The notes below the pieces were generated by a model. That model worked only from the letters and a program-made list of their open reading frames with translations, had not been told where the DNA came from and did no database searches. 64,000 bases of DNA from the NCBI GenBank assembly GCA_039794085.1, contig JBDIWC010000009.1, forward strand, positions 30,412 to 94,411. The letters are read 5' to 3'. This DNA comes from Gemmatimonadales bacterium (GTDB lineage: Bacteria; Gemmatimonadota; Gemmatimonadetes; Gemmatimonadales; GWC2-71-9). Numbering within the stretch: the stretch's first letter is position 1; each line of letters starts with the position of its first letter. A program made the translations under genes and the position numbers. Positions 19,932 to 29,167 of the stretch are shown here, one piece after another.

Positions 19932-22088
19932 ATGCAGCCCCTGCCCCCCCTGCCGTCCCGCATCGCCGGACTGGTCGACCTTGCCCGGAATCTTTCCTGG
20001 AGCTGGCACCGCGAAGCCCGCGCCCTCTTTCGGGAGATCGACCTCCCGCTCTGGCGACTGACCCGCCACAATCCGATCGAGATGCTCCGCCGACTCGATC
20101 CGTCCCGACTGACGGCGCTGGCGGAGGACCCCGGTTTTTGTGCGCGGTACGACTGGGTCATGGGGTGGCAGCACCATGTCGAGACCACAGGGGATCTCTG
20201 GTACGCCCACACCTGTCCAGATGGAAACGGTCGTGAGATCGCCTATTTCTGCGCCGAATTCGGGTTCCACAACTCGGTGCCCATCTACTCGGGGGGGCTC
20301 GGAGTGCTGGCCGGTGACCATTGCAAGGCGGCGTCCGACCTTGGCGTTCCCCTGGTCGGACTGGGGCTCGCCTACCGGAAGGGATACTTTGACCAGCACC
20401 TTCGCCAGGATGGGTGGCAGGAGGATGGAGACGACGAGGTGGACCCCGACCGCACCCCGCTCGAACGGCTTCGGGATGACACGGGAGCGGAACGCGTCGT
20501 CACGGTGGAGACCTTCGGTCGTCCCGTCCATGTGCATGCCTGGACCATGCAGGTCGGCCGCGTTCCGGTGTATCTCCTCGACACCGACCGGGAGGACAAC
20601 CACCCCGACGACCGGAAGCTCCTCAGCCGGCTCTACGCCGGCGGGCCCGACCTGCGACTCCGGCAGGAGTGGATCCTGGGGGTGGGAGGGGTCCGGATGC
20701 TGCGGGCCGCCGGCCACGACCCCGCGGCCTGGCACGCCAACGAGGGGCATGCCGCCTTCATGATGGTCGAGCGGGTCCGCGAGTTGGTCATGGCCGACGT
20801 TCCGCGGGACGAGGCCATCAGCAGGGTTCGTCGGAACTCTCTTTTCACGACTCATACCCCGGTCCCCGCGGGGCACGACGTCTTCGATCCCGGGCAGGCG
20901 GCCGCGTGCGCCGGGTCGGCGCTGGACGACCTCGGCCTGGATGCCGAGGGGTTTCACGCCCTGGCGCGCCACCCCACCCGCGATACCGGCGGGTTCCACA
21001 TGTCCGTCCTGGCGCTGCGACTGGCCGGCCGTGTCAATGGAGTCTCCCACCGCCACGGTGCCGTGTCCCGGTCCCTGTGGACCGACCTCTGGCCCGGACT
21101 CTCCGTCGAGGACGTCCCGATAGGGCACGTGACCAATGGCGTTCACCTGGCCACCTGGATGGCCAACGACATCATGGACCTCCTCGACCGGAATCTCGGC
21201 GAGAGCTGGCGGACCCGCCTCTCCCCCGATGAGTGCGGCGACCGGATCGCCACCCTCGACCCCGCCGACCTCTGGGCGGTCCACGTGGCCCTGAAGAACC
21301 ATCTCGCCGGCTTTGTCCGCGAGGAGGCCCGGCGCCGTTTCGCCGACCGCTGGCGGGATGCGGTGCAGGTGGTGGGTGCGGGAACTCTCCTGGACCCCGC
21401 GGCGTTCACCATTGGATTCGCGCGGCGTTTCGCCACCTACAAGCGGGCCGATCTGCTGTTCCGGGACACGGAACGGCTTCAGCGATTGCTGGTGAATCCC
21501 TGGCGACCGGTGCAACTGATCATCAGCGGCAAGGCCCACCCTGAGGACACGGCCGGGAAGGAGGCCCTGCGGAACGTGTATCGGTTCACCCACGATCCGG
21601 CCTATGAGGGGCGAGTGGCCTTTCTCGAGGACTATGAGATGCATGTGGCCCACGTCCTGGTTCAGGGGGTCGATCTCTGGCTCAACCTCCCCCGGGTTCC
21701 GATGGAGGCCTGCGGAACCAGCGGAATGAAGGCGGCACTGAACGGGGTTCCCCACCTGAGCACCGCGGACGGGTGGTGGGCCGAGGGAGCCGATGGGACC
21801 AATGGGTGGACGCTGCCCCTCGTGGACACGGAGGACCCCGAGATCGGAGATGCCGCCGACCTCGCGAACCTGTATCGCCTGATCGAGGAGGAGGTCGTCC
21901 CCCTGTACTATGACCGCGACCCGCGCGGCATCCCCCTCGCCTGGGTTGACCGGATGCGGAACTCCATCCGGGTGGCCGTGACCCACTTCACCGCCCAGCG
22001 CATGGTACGGGACTATGTGACCGACAGCTACCTCCCGGCCGTCACCGGGCAGGCTCCGCCCGGGCCACCCCCGGTGATGGCTTCATGA
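19932..22088 (+). CDS. glgP: Alpha-glucan phosphorylase (GT35)
   Basis: YSGGLGVLAGD, NEGHAAF, ARRFATYKR, EACGTSGMKAALNG. Confidence 0.95.
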   Translation: MQPLPPLPSRIAGLVDLARNLSWSWHREARALFREIDLPLWRLTRHNPIEMLRRLDPSRLTALAEDPGFCARYDWVMGWQHHVETTGDLWYAHTCPDGNGREIAYFCAEFGFHNSVPIYSGGLGVLAGDHCKAASDLGVPLVGLGLAYRKGYFDQHLRQDGWQEDGDDEVDPDRTPLERLRDDTGAERVVTVETFGRPVHVHAWTMQVGRVPVYLLDTDREDNHPDDRKLLSRLYAGGPDLRLRQEWILGVGGVRMLRAAGHDPAAWHANEGHAAFMMVERVRELVMADVPRDEAISRVRRNSLFTTHTPVPAGHDVFDPGQAAACAGSALDDLGLDAEGFHALARHPTRDTGGFHMSVLALRLAGRVNGVSHRHGAVSRSLWTDLWPGLSVEDVPIGHVTNGVHLATWMANDIMDLLDRNLGESWRTRLSPDECGDRIATLDPADLWAVHVALKNHLAGFVREEARRRFADRWRDAVQVVGAGTLLDPAAFTIGFARRFATYKRADLLFRDTERLQRLLVNPWRPVQLIISGKAHPEDTAGKEALRNVYRFTHDPAYEGRVAFLEDYEMHVAHVLVQGVDLWLNLPRVPMEACGTSGMKAALNGVPHLSTADGWWAEGADGTNGWTLPLVDTEDPEIGDAADLANLYRLIEEEVVPLYYDRDPRGIPLAWVDRMRNSIRVAVTHFTAQRMVRDYVTDSYLPAVTGQAPPGPPPVMAS

Positions 22089-23608
22089 CCTCCCCCTCCC
22101 TCGGTGGAATCGTGCCGCCCGGGCTGGATCCACCCCTCCGCACACCGGAGGGCCTCCCGGTCACCTTGGTCCACCTGGCCGGGGAATACGTGCCCTACGC
22201 CCGCACCGGAGGCCTCGCCGAGGCCGTCGCCGGCCTCGCCACCTTCCAGGCCCGCACCGGCCAGCCCGTGATGACGATCATGCCGCTGCACCGCGCCGCA
22301 GCGGCAGTGGCGCGGGATCTCGTGCCCCACGGAGATCCGATCCGGGTCGATGCCAAGCACACGGCCCAACTGTTCCGGGAGACCAGGCCCCTGAACCCCG
22401 ACGCCCCGGTCTGGTTCATCGCCCATGCCGGGTACTTTGACCGCCCGGGCCTCTACGGGGAGGGAGGAGGGGACTACCCCGACAACCCCGAGCGATTCGC
22501 CTTCTTCGCCCAGGCCGCCCTGTTGGCCCTGCCCCGCATCACCCACGGCCCCCTGCTGGTTCATGCCCATGACTGGCATACGGCGCTCGCCTTCGTGTAC
22601 CTGCGGAGCCGCTTCGCCACGGACCCCTTCTACCAAAGGATTCGAACCGTCCTCTCGGTCCACAACGCCGGGTATCAGGGTTACTTCCCTCCGGATATCA
22701 TGCCTCGTCTCGGCCTCCCCTGGTCCCTGTTCCGGATGGAATGCCTCGAGTGGTACGGCCAGGTCAACTTTCTCAAGGGCGGGCTCGCCTGTGCGGATGC
22801 CGCCGTGACCGTGAGCCCCAACCACGCTGTCGAGCTCCGGACCGAGAACGGGGGATTCGGCCTGCACGCCATGTTTCAGTGGATGGGATCGCGGTTTTCG
22901 GGCATTCTGAACGGAATCGACCAGGCACTCTGGGATCCGGGGAACGATCCGCTGATTCCCTCCCGGTTCGACCGGGACAATCCGGGGGGGAAGCGAGCCT
23001 GCAAGCGCCATCTGCAACAACGCTTCAGGCTTGACGTCCAGGAACGCGTTCCCCTCTTTGGCATGGCCGCCCGGCTCGTCACCCAGAAGGGGTTCGATCT
23101 GATCCTGGGGCACCCCAGCATCCTCGACCTCCCGGTGCAATACATCTTCCTCGGTGCGGGCGAGGCTCGCTATGAATCTGCGCTCCGGGCGGTTGCGGCT
23201 ACCGCTCCCCGGCGGATCTCCGTCGACACCAACTTTCAGGATCCTCTGGAGCATGAACTCATGGCGGGATCCGATGGGTGCCTCATGCCCTGCCAGTATG
23301 AGCCGTGCGGGCTCACTCAGATGCGGGCTCAGAGGTATGGCACCCTGCCGGTGGTTCGGCATGTCGGGGGCCTCGCGGACACGGTGGAGGACGAGGTGAC
23401 GGGGTTCGTGTTCCGCCCCTACGGCCCGGACCCGCTGCTGGGCGCCGTGCTTCGGGTGATGGATCGTTTTGCCGCCCCCGCCGAATGGGGCCGCCTCTGC
23501 CGCAACGCGATGCACCGGGACTTCGGGTGGGAACGCTCGGTGCGGCGATACCGCGCGGTATACCAACGGGTCCTGGAGGGCGTGGATCGCGCGCCGGAGA
23601 TCATATGA
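22085..23608 (+). CDS. glgA: Glycogen/starch synthase (GT5)
   Basis: RTGGLA, HAHDWHT, HNAGYQG, GILNGID, EPCGLTQM, GGLADTV. Confidence 0.93.
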   Translation: MTSPSLGGIVPPGLDPPLRTPEGLPVTLVHLAGEYVPYARTGGLAEAVAGLATFQARTGQPVMTIMPLHRAAAAVARDLVPHGDPIRVDAKHTAQLFRETRPLNPDAPVWFIAHAGYFDRPGLYGEGGGDYPDNPERFAFFAQAALLALPRITHGPLLVHAHDWHTALAFVYLRSRFATDPFYQRIRTVLSVHNAGYQGYFPPDIMPRLGLPWSLFRMECLEWYGQVNFLKGGLACADAAVTVSPNHAVELRTENGGFGLHAMFQWMGSRFSGILNGIDQALWDPGNDPLIPSRFDRDNPGGKRACKRHLQQRFRLDVQERVPLFGMAARLVTQKGFDLILGHPSILDLPVQYIFLGAGEARYESALRAVAATAPRRISVDTNFQDPLEHELMAGSDGCLMPCQYEPCGLTQMRAQRYGTLPVVRHVGGLADTVEDEVTGFVFRPYGPDPLLGAVLRVMDRFAAPAEWGRLCRNAMHRDFGWERSVRRYRAVYQRVLEGVDRAPEII

Positions 23609-25263
23609 GCCGCCCTCATGTTGTCCTCACCTTGCACAGCCACCTGCCGTGGGTATTGCACCACGGCCGGTGGCCCCACGGCAGCGACTGGCTGTGCGAG
23701 GCCGCCGTGGATACCTACCTTCCTCTGACCGAAGCGCTCCTGGGCCTTGCCGTCGAGTCGGTGGCGGCGCCGGTGACTCTCAGCGTGACGCCGATCCTCG
23801 CCAACCAGCTCACCCACCCCGACTTCGTCACCGAACTCGAGGCCTTCTTCGCCCAACGAATCGCCGCAGCGGCCGAACCATCCGAGGACACCGCCCTGGA
23901 ACTCCTGCGGGATTTCTGGCGGCAACGCTACGTTCGACTCCGGCGGCTCTTTCACGAATTGGACAGCGACCTCATCGGTGCCTGGCGTCGACTGGCGGAC
24001 GAGGGACGGATCGAGCTCATGAGTTCCGCCGCGACCCACGCCTTCCTTCCCCTCCTCGCCTGGGACGAAAGCATTCGTTTCCAACTCGCCCTCGGGGCCC
24101 GGGAGCACCGGCGCCTCTTCGGCCGTGATCCCACCGGATGCTGGGTGCCCGAGTGCGCCTATCGCGCCCGGGGACCCTGGGCACCACATCCCCTGGCTCC
24201 CGCGAGTGCCATGCGGGCCGGGATCGAGGAGCACCTCGCCGCCACCGGATTTCGCTACTTCTTCGTCGATGCCCACCAGATCGCCGCCGGACGATCCCTC
24301 TCCGCCTCGGAGGCCTGGGACCCGGAGGGACGCTCCGCCGGTGCCGGGGGGCACGACCCGGTTCGGTCCCCCTACCGAACCTGGCAGGCGGGCGCCACAC
24401 GAGCGGCCCGGCGCGTGACCGCCTTCGTCCGCGATCCCCGCTCCTCCATGCAGGTCTGGAATCGGCACCTGGGATACCCCGGCGACGGCGCCTATCTGGA
24501 GTTTCACAAGATCCGGACGCCGGGCGGCCTCAAGCTCTGGCGGGTGACCAGCGCCGACACCGACCTCGGGGAGAAGCTTCCCTATGACCGCAATGTGGGA
24601 CGGGCCCGGGCCCACGTCCACGCCCGGCACTTTGCCCGGCTGCTGGAGGAGATCGCCGGAGAACACGAGGAGGGGCCGGTCGATGTCATCACGATTCCCT
24701 TCGACACCGAGCTCTTCGGACACTGGTGGTTCGAGGGCCCCGACTTCCTCCGCGACCTCTACCGGGCTCTCGCCGAGCAATCGATTCCCCTGCCTGCCAC
24801 CGCCTCCACGCACCTGGCGGCCGTCCCCCCACGGCATCGTCTGCAGATCGCCGAAGGGAGCTGGGGTGAGGCGGGTGACTTCCGAATGTGGCTGAATCCC
24901 CGGACTCTCTGGACCTGGGAGCGGCTCTGGGAGATCGAACGGCGGTTCTGGACCGTGGCCCGACGTCACGTCGACGATTCCCGAGCCGAGCCCCTCCTCT
25001 CTCAGGCCGCCCGGGAGATGTTGCTGGCCCAGAGTTCGGACTGGCAGTTCATCATCAGTACCGGGGCCGCCGGCGATTACGCCGAGGAACGTTTTCTCGG
25101 CCACGCCGGCAGTGCGGAAACCCTGGTCGGATTCCTGGAGCAACCCCCCGAGACCTGGGATGCCGCGGCGGACGCGCTCGCCGCATCCCGAGGGAAGAAC
25201 GACTGCTTCCCCGAGGTGATGACCGCCCTGCGGGTCGCCCTGGCCGGCCCGCCGACTCCCTAG
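23605..25263 (+). CDS. GH57 1,4-alpha-glucan branching enzyme (DUF1957 type)
   Basis: LHSHLPWV, WVPECAY, PFDTELFGHWWFEGP, RE.LLAQSSDWQF. ATGA overlap with glgA. Confidence 0.9.
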   Translation: MSRPHVVLTLHSHLPWVLHHGRWPHGSDWLCEAAVDTYLPLTEALLGLAVESVAAPVTLSVTPILANQLTHPDFVTELEAFFAQRIAAAAEPSEDTALELLRDFWRQRYVRLRRLFHELDSDLIGAWRRLADEGRIELMSSAATHAFLPLLAWDESIRFQLALGAREHRRLFGRDPTGCWVPECAYRARGPWAPHPLAPASAMRAGIEEHLAATGFRYFFVDAHQIAAGRSLSASEAWDPEGRSAGAGGHDPVRSPYRTWQAGATRAARRVTAFVRDPRSSMQVWNRHLGYPGDGAYLEFHKIRTPGGLKLWRVTSADTDLGEKLPYDRNVGRARAHVHARHFARLLEEIAGEHEEGPVDVITIPFDTELFGHWWFEGPDFLRDLYRALAEQSIPLPATASTHLAAVPPRHRLQIAEGSWGEAGDFRMWLNPRTLWTWERLWEIERRFWTVARRHVDDSRAEPLLSQAAREMLLAQSSDWQFIISTGAAGDYAEERFLGHAGSAETLVGFLEQPPETWDAAADALAASRGKNDCFPEVMTALRVALAGPPTP

Positions 25264-25287
25264 CGGGCCGATCCCGACGATCCATCC

Positions 25288-27249
25288 ATGCCCCGTCACT
25301 CCGTCATCGTTCACGCCCACCTGTACCAGCCGCCCCGGGAGGACCCCTGGCTCGACCTGGTCGAACAGGAGCACTCGGCACTCCCGTTCCACGATTGGAA
25401 CACGCGCATCACACTGGACTGCTATCGCCCGCTGGCCGCCGCGCGCCTGCTCACCCCCACCGGCCGGATCCGGGACATCCGGAGCACCTACCGGCACATG
25501 AGTTTCAACGTCGGTCCGACACTGTTCGAGTGGTTGGACGCGCATGCCCCCGACGTGGTCGCCGCCCTGGTGGCCGCCGACGAGGAGAGCCGCCTTCGCC
25601 TGGGCGTGGGCAATGCCGTGGCCATGCCCTTTCATCACGTCATCCTTCCGCTGGCCTCCCCGGACGATCGCCGCACCGAGATCCGCTGGGGAATCGCCGA
25701 TTTCCGCCGGCGATTCGGTCGCCACCCCGAGGGGATGTGGCTCCCGGAAACGGCCGCGGACGAAGACACCCTCGTGGCGCTCGCCGAGGAGGGGATTACC
25801 TTCACCATCCTGGCACCCCATCAGGTGGACAATCCCCCCGAGGACGGGCTCCCGCTTCGGTTCCGCGCCGGAGGCGGCCGGGAGATCGCCCTCATGGTGT
25901 ACGACGGCCCCCTCGCCCACAACGTGGCCTTCGGCCCCCTCATCCGGAACGCGGAGGCGTGGGCCGAGCGGATGCTCCACCGCAGCCGAACCGGACACGG
26001 GCCCTCGGCCACCAGTCTCGCGGCCGACGGCGAAACGTGGGGGCACCACCATCCGTTCGGAGAGATGGCCCTTGCCCGGATGCTGGAACGGGTCGACCGC
26101 GATCCCGGCGTGCGGGTCGAGAACTTCGGATCGCTCCTGGCGCGCCACGCCCCGCGAACCGAGGCCCGCCTCATCGGACCCTCGTCGTGGAGTTGTGCGC
26201 ACGGCGTCGGCCGGTGGCAGAGGAACTGTGGCTGCCGATTGGTCCAAGGAACCGACCAGTCATGGCGGACCCCCCTCCGCCACGCTCTCGATCACCTGCG
26301 GCAGGTGTTGCTGACGCGCTCACGGGACGAGATGCGAGCCTGGGTTCCCAACCCGGATGCGGCCCGCGATGAGCTGGAAGGGCGCCCTCCGGCCGCCGCC
26401 CTGCCTTCCCGTCTGCGGGAACTGCTGGAGATGGAGCGCAACCTGCTTCGCATGTACACATCCTGCGGGTGGTTCTTTGACGACGTGGCCGGGCTGGAAA
26501 CCTTGATCTGTCTTCGCTATGCGGCGCGCGCGGTCGACCTGGGAGGGTGGCGGGACACCGAACCTCCCTTTCTGCAGATCCTCGACACGGCCCGCGGCAA
26601 CGACCCGCTCGTCCCCTCGGCGGGGTCTGTGTGGCGTCACCGCATCCGCGGAAGCGTCCCTCCGGAACCCCGGATCGCCGGAGCCGCCGCCGTCACCGAG
26701 GCCGTGACCGGGGCCCTCCCGGACCGGATCGGTGCCTGGGCCGTGAGCCGTCAGCCCGACGGGATGCTCCAGGTCGAAGACACCCGAACCGGGGCGCACC
26801 AGGCATGGCAGGTGGAAGTCTCGCCCTCCCCCGGGCCTGGCGTCACCTGCCTCATCGCCGGAGATGCATGGCACGGACGCCTGTCCTTCGCCGACTTCCC
26901 CGAAGTCACCCGTCACGACTTGCGCCGACGGTGGATCCCGGCGCTGCGTCGCCAGGTCCTCTCCCCCTCCGAATGGGACGCCTTCTGCACCGGCGAGTCC
27001 GACGGAGGCAGCACGGCGGCCCGCGCCCTGGTCCGCCTGGTGCAGACAGATCCCCTGGATCCTCACTCCCTGCAGCGTGCAGTGGACCTTCTCACGTTGG
27101 AGGACGTCGCGATCCCCTTCGAGGCCCAAACACTCTTCTTCCACCGGGTCCGGAACGCCTCGGCGGCAGTTCGCGCGTCGCTGGCTCGCTTTGCCGATGC
27201 CTTCACCCTTGACACCGCCCTCTTCGCGACGACGGCCCCCGATGACTGA
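25288..27249 (+). CDS. GH57 family protein with DUF3536-type region
   Basis: HAHLYQPPREDPW, SFNVGPTL, GMWLPETA, DGETWGHH, SSWSCAHGVGRW, MYTSCGWFFDD. Confidence 0.88.
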   Translation: MPRHSVIVHAHLYQPPREDPWLDLVEQEHSALPFHDWNTRITLDCYRPLAAARLLTPTGRIRDIRSTYRHMSFNVGPTLFEWLDAHAPDVVAALVAADEESRLRLGVGNAVAMPFHHVILPLASPDDRRTEIRWGIADFRRRFGRHPEGMWLPETAADEDTLVALAEEGITFTILAPHQVDNPPEDGLPLRFRAGGGREIALMVYDGPLAHNVAFGPLIRNAEAWAERMLHRSRTGHGPSATSLAADGETWGHHHPFGEMALARMLERVDRDPGVRVENFGSLLARHAPRTEARLIGPSSWSCAHGVGRWQRNCGCRLVQGTDQSWRTPLRHALDHLRQVLLTRSRDEMRAWVPNPDAARDELEGRPPAAALPSRLRELLEMERNLLRMYTSCGWFFDDVAGLETLICLRYAARAVDLGGWRDTEPPFLQILDTARGNDPLVPSAGSVWRHRIRGSVPPEPRIAGAAAVTEAVTGALPDRIGAWAVSRQPDGMLQVEDTRTGAHQAWQVEVSPSPGPGVTCLIAGDAWHGRLSFADFPEVTRHDLRRRWIPALRRQVLSPSEWDAFCTGESDGGSTAARALVRLVQTDPLDPHSLQRAVDLLTLEDVAIPFEAQTLFFHRVRNASAAVRASLARFADAFTLDTALFATTAPDD

Positions 27250-29164
27250 TCCCGTTCGCTTCGCCTTCGGCCTCCACCTCCACCAGCCGGTGGGAAACTT
27301 CGACATCGTGTTCGAGGATCACCTCCGGAACGTGTATCGCCCCCTGCTCGACACGCTTCGCCGGGAAGAGTGCCTCCCGCTCACACTCCACCTCTCGGGG
27401 CCTCTGCTGGCCTGGCTCGAGACCCGCCCCGACGGACGCCGTTTCCTCGATGACATCGGCTCCCTCGCGTCGGCGGGCCAGGTCGAAGTGCTGCTCTCCG
27501 GATACGATGAGCCGATTCTGGCGATGCTGCTCCGGGAGGACCGGATCGAACAGATCATGACGATGCGGGACGCCCTGCACCGACGATTCGGCGTCGATGC
27601 CCGGGGGCTCTGGCTCACGGAGCGGGTCTGGGAACCCGACCTGCCGGCGGAACTGGGCCGGGCCGGCGTCACCCATGTCCTGACCGATGATCGCCACTTC
27701 CTCGTGGCCGGTCACGAACGGGAGGATCTTCACCGGCCCTGGCGCACCGAGGCGGACGGCATCCCCATCACCGTGCTCCCGATCGACGAGCGCCTCCGGT
27801 ACATCATCCCCTTCCGTCCCCCGTCGGAATTCGCTGACACCATCAGGACCCTGGCCGCGGACGGACACCCCCTCGCGATTCTGGCGGATGATGGCGAAAA
27901 ATTCGGCGGCTGGCCTGGAACCCGGGAGTGGGTGTACGATCGTGGCTGGTTTCCGGCCTTCGGGGCGACCGTCCGCGCGCTGGTGGCAGACGGTACCCTG
28001 CGCCTCGTGACCATGGCCCAGGCAGTGGCCGAGGTGGCGCCGGCGGGGCTGACCTATCTGCCGGCGACTTCCTATCGTGAGATGGAGGGCTGGTCCCTTC
28101 CCACGGCGGCCGCCGGACGGCTGGCCGCCCTGGAGAGAGAACTGGGCCCCCAACGGATGGCGGGACCCGAGGGAGCCCTTGTCCGAGGCTCCCACTGGAA
28201 GTTCTTCCTGGCCAAGTATCCCGAATCCAACCGAATGCACAAGAAGATGCAGCGGCTCTCCCGGCTCTGCCGCGCCCGAGGGGACGTCCCCGCCGTCCGG
28301 CGCGCCATCGGGAGGGCGCAGTGCAACGATGCCTACTGGCACGGGGTCTTCGGCGGACTCTACCTGCCCCATCTCCGCGACGGCATCTGGAGCAACCTCG
28401 CCCTGGCCGAGGAGGAACTGCGCCGGGAGACGCCTCTGGCACACGCGTGGGAGGATGTGGATGGAGACGGGATCGAGGAGCTGTCCGTCTCCGGGGAGCA
28501 GTGCGCCGTGGTGCTCAGCGGGGAACGCGGAGGGAGCATCGAGGAATGGACCATCTTCCGCCACCACCGCAACTACGCCGACGTCCTCACCCGCCGTCGC
28601 GAGGCATCGCACCTGCGAACGGAAGACATCCCGGGGGAACCCACCGATGGCATCCCCAGCATTCACCACCTGGAAACCACCGGTCCCTCCGGCGAGTTGC
28701 CGCCGGTGGACCACCTTCCCCGGGCCATCGGGGTGAACCGTCTCCTTCCGGACCATGTCACGGCGAATGACTTCGAGACCGGCAACATTCCGGTGCTCCG
28801 GACCTGGCATGGCGAGACACTGCTCGACAGGGCGACAGCGACGGGAGAGCACGGAGCCCTCGTGGCCCGGTTCTCCTGGCCGACCCTGCGGAAGGAGGTG
28901 ACCATCCGCCCCGACGGGGCGCTGACCGTGGCATGGACCTGGCCCCCCTGCGAGGGATGGTTCAGCACGGAAGTCTCCACCCGCCCGGCGGTGCGCATCG
29001 AGGCACCGGACGCGGAACACTGGGAGTATCCGGTGGAAACCGTGGCACGCTCGGAGCAGGGCGCGGAGCGAACGATCCAGGGAACGGCGGTGGTGCTTCG
29101 ATGGCCGGGCCACCGGGGGAAGGCCGAGATGCACCTGGCTCCCCCGGAGGACCCCGCCGACTGA
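27242..29164 (+). CDS. GH57 alpha-amylase / 4-alpha-glucanotransferase
   Basis: HLHQPVGNFD, GLWLTERVWEP, DDGEKFGGWPGT, SYREMEGWSLP, KYPESNRMHKKM, AQCNDAYWHGVFGGLYLPHLR. Confidence 0.9.
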   Translation: MTDPVRFAFGLHLHQPVGNFDIVFEDHLRNVYRPLLDTLRREECLPLTLHLSGPLLAWLETRPDGRRFLDDIGSLASAGQVEVLLSGYDEPILAMLLREDRIEQIMTMRDALHRRFGVDARGLWLTERVWEPDLPAELGRAGVTHVLTDDRHFLVAGHEREDLHRPWRTEADGIPITVLPIDERLRYIIPFRPPSEFADTIRTLAADGHPLAILADDGEKFGGWPGTREWVYDRGWFPAFGATVRALVADGTLRLVTMAQAVAEVAPAGLTYLPATSYREMEGWSLPTAAAGRLAALERELGPQRMAGPEGALVRGSHWKFFLAKYPESNRMHKKMQRLSRLCRARGDVPAVRRAIGRAQCNDAYWHGVFGGLYLPHLRDGIWSNLALAEEELRRETPLAHAWEDVDGDGIEELSVSGEQCAVVLSGERGGSIEEWTIFRHHRNYADVLTRRREASHLRTEDIPGEPTDGIPSIHHLETTGPSGELPPVDHLPRAIGVNRLLPDHVTANDFETGNIPVLRTWHGETLLDRATATGEHGALVARFSWPTLRKEVTIRPDGALTVAWTWPPCEGWFSTEVSTRPAVRIEAPDAEHWEYPVETVARSEQGAERTIQGTAVVLRWPGHRGKAEMHLAPPEDPAD

Positions 29165-29167
29165 CGA

